DNA of 63,998 bases, counting the filler, from Candidatus Methanoxibalbensis ujae (GTDB lineage: Archaea; Halobacteriota; Syntropharchaeia; Alkanophagales; Methanospirareceae), in the NCBI GenBank assembly GCA_026134085.1. It is 5 parts of 4 records of this genome, joined end to end, with 100 filler letters (N's around TTAATTAATTAA, not from the genome) between each part and the next. Parts side by side here need not be neighbours in the genome. Positions count along the whole stretch, not along the records: positions 60,743 to 63,998 come from JAOQIN010000079.1; 4 more parts are not named here. One strand, 5' to 3'. Both the position numbers and the translations under genes were made by a program. The notes under the pieces were generated by a model. That model was given only the letters and a program-made list of their open reading frames with translations. It searched no databases and was not told the DNA's origin. This document shows, one piece after another, positions 60,643-63,998 of the stretch; the first letter of the stretch is position 1, and the number at the start of each line of letters is the position of its first letter.

Positions 60643-60742
60643 NNNNNNNNNNNNNNNNNNNNNNNNNNNNNNNNNNNNNNNNNNNNTTAATTAATTAANN
60701 NNNNNNNNNNNNNNNNNNNNNNNNNNNNNNNNNNNNNNNNNN
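60643..60742. other. Artificial contig linker
   Basis: N-run with TTAATTAATTAA. Confidence 0.95.
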
Positions 60743-61238
60743 GTATGAGGCATTGGTTAATTGTGTTGTGGTATTGTTGATAGTTTAATTTGAAAAAGTG
60801 AGGCAAAAATAAAGTATAGGTAATCACCACTATTTTTGGGAAAGGAGGGATATAAGAGGTGTATTTTAAAAAAGAAGAAATTTCATTCCAGAACGGAGAA
60901 CTCTCCTTTCCTGAAAACGTGTTACTGCCTCTGTGACCTCTCAAAACTTTGGCTCTCTTCCTTAACTGTTATCTTTTCTAAATGCCTACTACCTGTTACC
61001 CCTACATAATAGTATCCATTCTTACCCATTTGTATAGTAACACTCACCGTAATAACTAATAACATACTTTTCAAGTGGATAAACCTCTCTCCTTCCTCTA
61101 AATTACTTTTTAGTATTACTTACTTATTTATTAATATTTTATTTTTTAAAAATAACAAAAAAAATAACGAAAACAGAGGTCTCTAAACCGTTATTTTCGT
61201 TAAAGCAACGATCACGTTGCTCCTTTACTATAAAAGTT

Positions 61239-61287
61239 GTAATAACGTAATATTGTAATAAGCCATATTACATTATTACATTATTAC
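61239..61287. repeat. Inverted triple-hexamer array (GTAATA x3 / TATTAC x3, 8-bp period)
   Basis: GTAATAacGTAATAttGTAATA-agcca-TATTACatTATTACatTATTAC. Confidence 0.75.
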
Positions 61288-61348
61288 GAGTCCCTTATCT
61301 ATATATATATCAATTATATCGGCTTACGAGTGTGAAAAATGAACGGTG

Positions 61349-61474
61349 ATGTTGTGTGATTGGTGCGAACATCCTAAAAATAAGTGTGAGATTTGCGAGT
61401 GCTATAATATGGTGTATTATTGTGTTGATATTGTGCTTGCTTATGTTGCACCGTGTGACTCCGTGTTAAAGTGA
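61349..61474 (+). CDS. Putative tiny Cys-rich protein (41 aa)
   Basis: MLCDWCEHPKNKCEICECYNMVYYC...; GGTGA overlaps the ATG; TATA-like tract at about 61300. Confidence 0.35.
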   Translation: MLCDWCEHPKNKCEICECYNMVYYCVDIVLAYVAPCDSVLK

Positions 61475-61934
61475 ACTATGACCCCCCACCGTGCCTGCCT
61501 CCTCCTCAACCCTCCCCTATATCCTAGCACCCCTATTACAACAGAATTAAATTGGATCGGCGCCTCTATAATTAGGTCCAACGACCCCTCACACCCCTCT
61601 CAAATTTCCCCCTCTAATGTGCCTCTCCCTCTCATAGACAGACAAAACTAATGACGCAATACTCCGTTATTACGTCGTTCCGCAATGGCGATGAGCTAGT
61701 GCATTTTTCGCCTAACGCAGGAGCGTCCCCCTCACATCCGTCCCCCTCACATCCACCGTCACGCTCGCAGCGCCGTCCAAATTCACGATTCGCACCTTCG
61801 TTTTGAAGTGGCAGCAACAGTGCGAGTGCGAGTTTCGCCTGCGCTGAATGGCTTGCACATCTCGCACAATATCTCTAAGAGAATATCTCTAAGAGGTGGT
61901 TTTCAGGTATGAGCACTACGAGCTCTTTCATTTC

Positions 61935-63998
61935 TCATGCGGTTTCTTCCGCTCCCACGCTTACGGAAGGTTCTGGGGAGGCGTATTTGCGAACATGCAC
62001 ATACTCAAAATCTGCTTTTCCTCCACAACAGATAGATATATGAATATGAGAACAATTCAATCCCGTGTAAGTTGTCGTTCCGTTCTTCAAATCTGCCCCT
62101 ATCTTAGACTCTCTATAATCAGCATAGTGTTTATAATATACGTCGTAATATTCTCCGTTAGCAAGGGAGAAAGAGCCGCTGTCTATTACATGTCTATTGG
62201 AGAAACCACCCGATATAATTTCGGTAAGATGGTGATATGAATTACTATCTCTTCCGTATTCTCCACCAGCCCACCTATCAGAAGGAAAATCATTTCCTGC
62301 ACTCGTAATAGTTCCATCACCAAATCCGAAAAGAAATCCGTCGGCATTGCTTACTACATAAACTCTCGTTTCCATAATATATTTTGAACTCTCTGTAACA
62401 GTTGTGAATGGGCTAACGACTGCAACTCTATTACTGCTATCTGGAGCGTAAAGTTCAAGCCAGTATTCTCCATCTCTCTCCACCACTTTGGCGCTTCCGC
62501 TTCCACCGCCGTTGAGAATACTCCACTTCGAAGTGTCGAGAGCTGGAATTTCCTCTGGGAGAAATGCCCCCCCATATAGACCAATATGAGGATCGCTTCT
62601 ATCTAAGTTATTTAATGTAATTATATCATTGAAAGTTATGCCCCCGATAGGCTCGATGTTAGTGTTATATACTGTATGCACAGTCCTGCAAGTTTTTATT
62701 TCCGCAATAGTTTCTTCAAAAGTTAAGTCGAGTCCGTTGCTTGAAGAATATTTTTTGAATGCTCCACATCCATTAACATCCATCTCAACAAAGTAAAGAT
62801 ACATTTCCGTCGAAGACTTGACCGCCAAATATACAGCTCCACTCGCAAACTCCACATCTAAACCCGTGTCTCTTGATTCCCATGAAGAACCGTTCCATTT
62901 GATTGCATAGACATCTCCGTGTTCTGTTGCAGGTGTATTATGAGATTGTCGTGCATACGCAATTATGTAAATATGTCCTTCATCATCTACCGCTATCCCC
63001 GCAAGCTCTTGGTATCCTGTTGGTGAAGTCCATGCCAAATCAGCATCGTCAAATGCAAAAGGAGTGGAAAGCTCTGTTCCATCTATTTTGTGGAAGGTGT
63101 CGTCCGTTAAATCAAAATAACAGTAACGTAATTCTCCACTATTCACCTTCATTAAAGCGAAATGGACTCTATTACCTTTCCGAACATAACTATAATAAAC
63201 TCCAGTCGTGCTCATCCACTGAATATCGCTGCCGAAAGTATTTCCTCCATCAGTTGATTTCTTATAGTAGCGATAACCGTCGGGTTTTCTAAAAAAAACA
63301 TATACGTTAGAGCCATTCGCAATCGGATAAGGATAGGTGCCCTTACTCGCAAAATCCGATAATAGAGTCCAAGATGAAATATCATATGGATTCGTTGATT
63401 TTGAATGTTTTATAGGAGCACCGTGTCCACCATACAACACATGAATATATCCATCAGGGTCTATCCATAAAACAGGCCCGCCGTGAGCATCGCCCCATCT
63501 CACATCGGCTGTCGGATTATCTCCTACTTTCACACTACTGGAAATTGTTTTATTCACCGCATCATAATAAAAAATATATGGATCGTATCCAGACCCTTGA
63601 TAAACAATAAAAACTTTGTTTTGGCTTGAATCATATATCGCCTGGATGGGGTGGTGAAGGGCAACTGGCTTACCGTCTTCGTTATCCTCGCGAGCACCGT
63701 TTTCGCAAGGATAGATTTTCTGTAAAACGGGTGCCTTATAGGAGAAGTCATCAAAAAACTCAAAGGTTGCATCACCATTACTTGCAGAGCTAGCATAAGG
63801 ATTACCGTAATACATGTAAATTACAACACTTGAGTTCGCTGGTATGGAGGGCACCTTAACCCATACTTTCGCAGTTTCATTAACAGCATCCCATTCTTCA
63901 ATCCAGTAATCTAAGAGATTCCCTTCTTCGTTGGTGAATCTTATATCCTCACCATTACTTTGAGCATGCGCAAAGTTGAAATTCGTGCTGTTGAGTTC
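61935..63998 (-). CDS. DUF2341-domain protein with an inserted BNR/propeller-like region (5' end outside the window)
   Basis: Frame open to the window edge: NGEDIRFT..LDYWIEEW..WVKVPSIP..IYMYYGNP..NGDATFEFFDDF; HGGPVLWIDPDGYIHVLYGGH, STDGGNTF Asp-box; ends VRKYASPEPSVSVGAEE. Confidence 0.8.
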   Translation of the reverse strand, partial: ELNSTNFNFAHAQSNGEDIRFTNEEGNLLDYWIEEWDAVNETAKVWVKVPSIPANSSVVIYMYYGNPYASSASNGDATFEFFDDFSYKAPVLQKIYPCENGAREDNEDGKPVALHHPIQAIYDSSQNKVFIVYQGSGYDPYIFYYDAVNKTISSSVKVGDNPTADVRWGDAHGGPVLWIDPDGYIHVLYGGHGAPIKHSKSTNPYDISSWTLLSDFASKGTYPYPIANGSNVYVFFRKPDGYRYYKKSTDGGNTFGSDIQWMSTTGVYYSYVRKGNRVHFALMKVNSGELRYCYFDLTDDTFHKIDGTELSTPFAFDDADLAWTSPTGYQELAGIAVDDEGHIYIIAYARQSHNTPATEHGDVYAIKWNGSSWESRDTGLDVEFASGAVYLAVKSSTEMYLYFVEMDVNGCGAFKKYSSSNGLDLTFEETIAEIKTCRTVHTVYNTNIEPIGGITFNDIITLNNLDRSDPHIGLYGGAFLPEEIPALDTSKWSILNGGGSGSAKVVERDGEYWLELYAPDSSNRVAVVSPFTTVTESSKYIMETRVYVVSNADGFLFGFGDGTITSAGNDFPSDRWAGGEYGRDSNSYHHLTEIISGGFSNRHVIDSGSFSLANGEYYDVYYKHYADYRESKIGADLKNGTTTYTGLNCSHIHISICCGGKADFEYVHVRKYASPEPSVSVGAEETA

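Noticed and set aside
61935..63998. Diversity-generating retroelement target
   Set aside because: No reverse transcriptase and no template/variable repeat pair in the window.

Overview
A 64 kb piece of an archaeal draft genome or MAG made of five contigs. They are joined by 100-nt artificial N/TTAATTAATTAA linkers at 21344, 26302, 30933 and 60643, so gene neighbourhoods across those points are not real. The gene content (cysteate synthase, fwdDBA, geranylgeranyl reductase, archaeal MAT, Kae1, Hel308, TrpB2, CbiZ-CobZ, a KaiC-domain pair) points to a Methanomicrobia-related, probably thermophilic archaeon; ANME-1/Alkanophagales-like is an inference. Most of the window is housekeeping. The accessory content is: (i) a 27-repeat CRISPR array with no cas genes in view, whose repeat register changes between the 7 newest and the older units, whose spacers mostly read antisense to coding sequence, and which ends in a spacerless degenerate repeat encoding the last 8 codons and stop of cysteate synthase; (ii) five IS200/IS605-type right ends or omegaRNA-like elements, three on decayed tnpB remnants and two stand-alone behind TATA boxes; (iii) a Tpt1/KptA + 5-FCL-like (COG0212) fusion gene; (iv) an HTH-fused DNA methyltransferase with a shattered partner nuclease; (v) several pseudogenes eroded by dense micro-deletions, while essential enzymes carry in-frame low-complexity expansions; (vi) a low-GC terminal contig with a DUF2341/BNR-like protein and an inverted hexamer array that looks like a mobile element.
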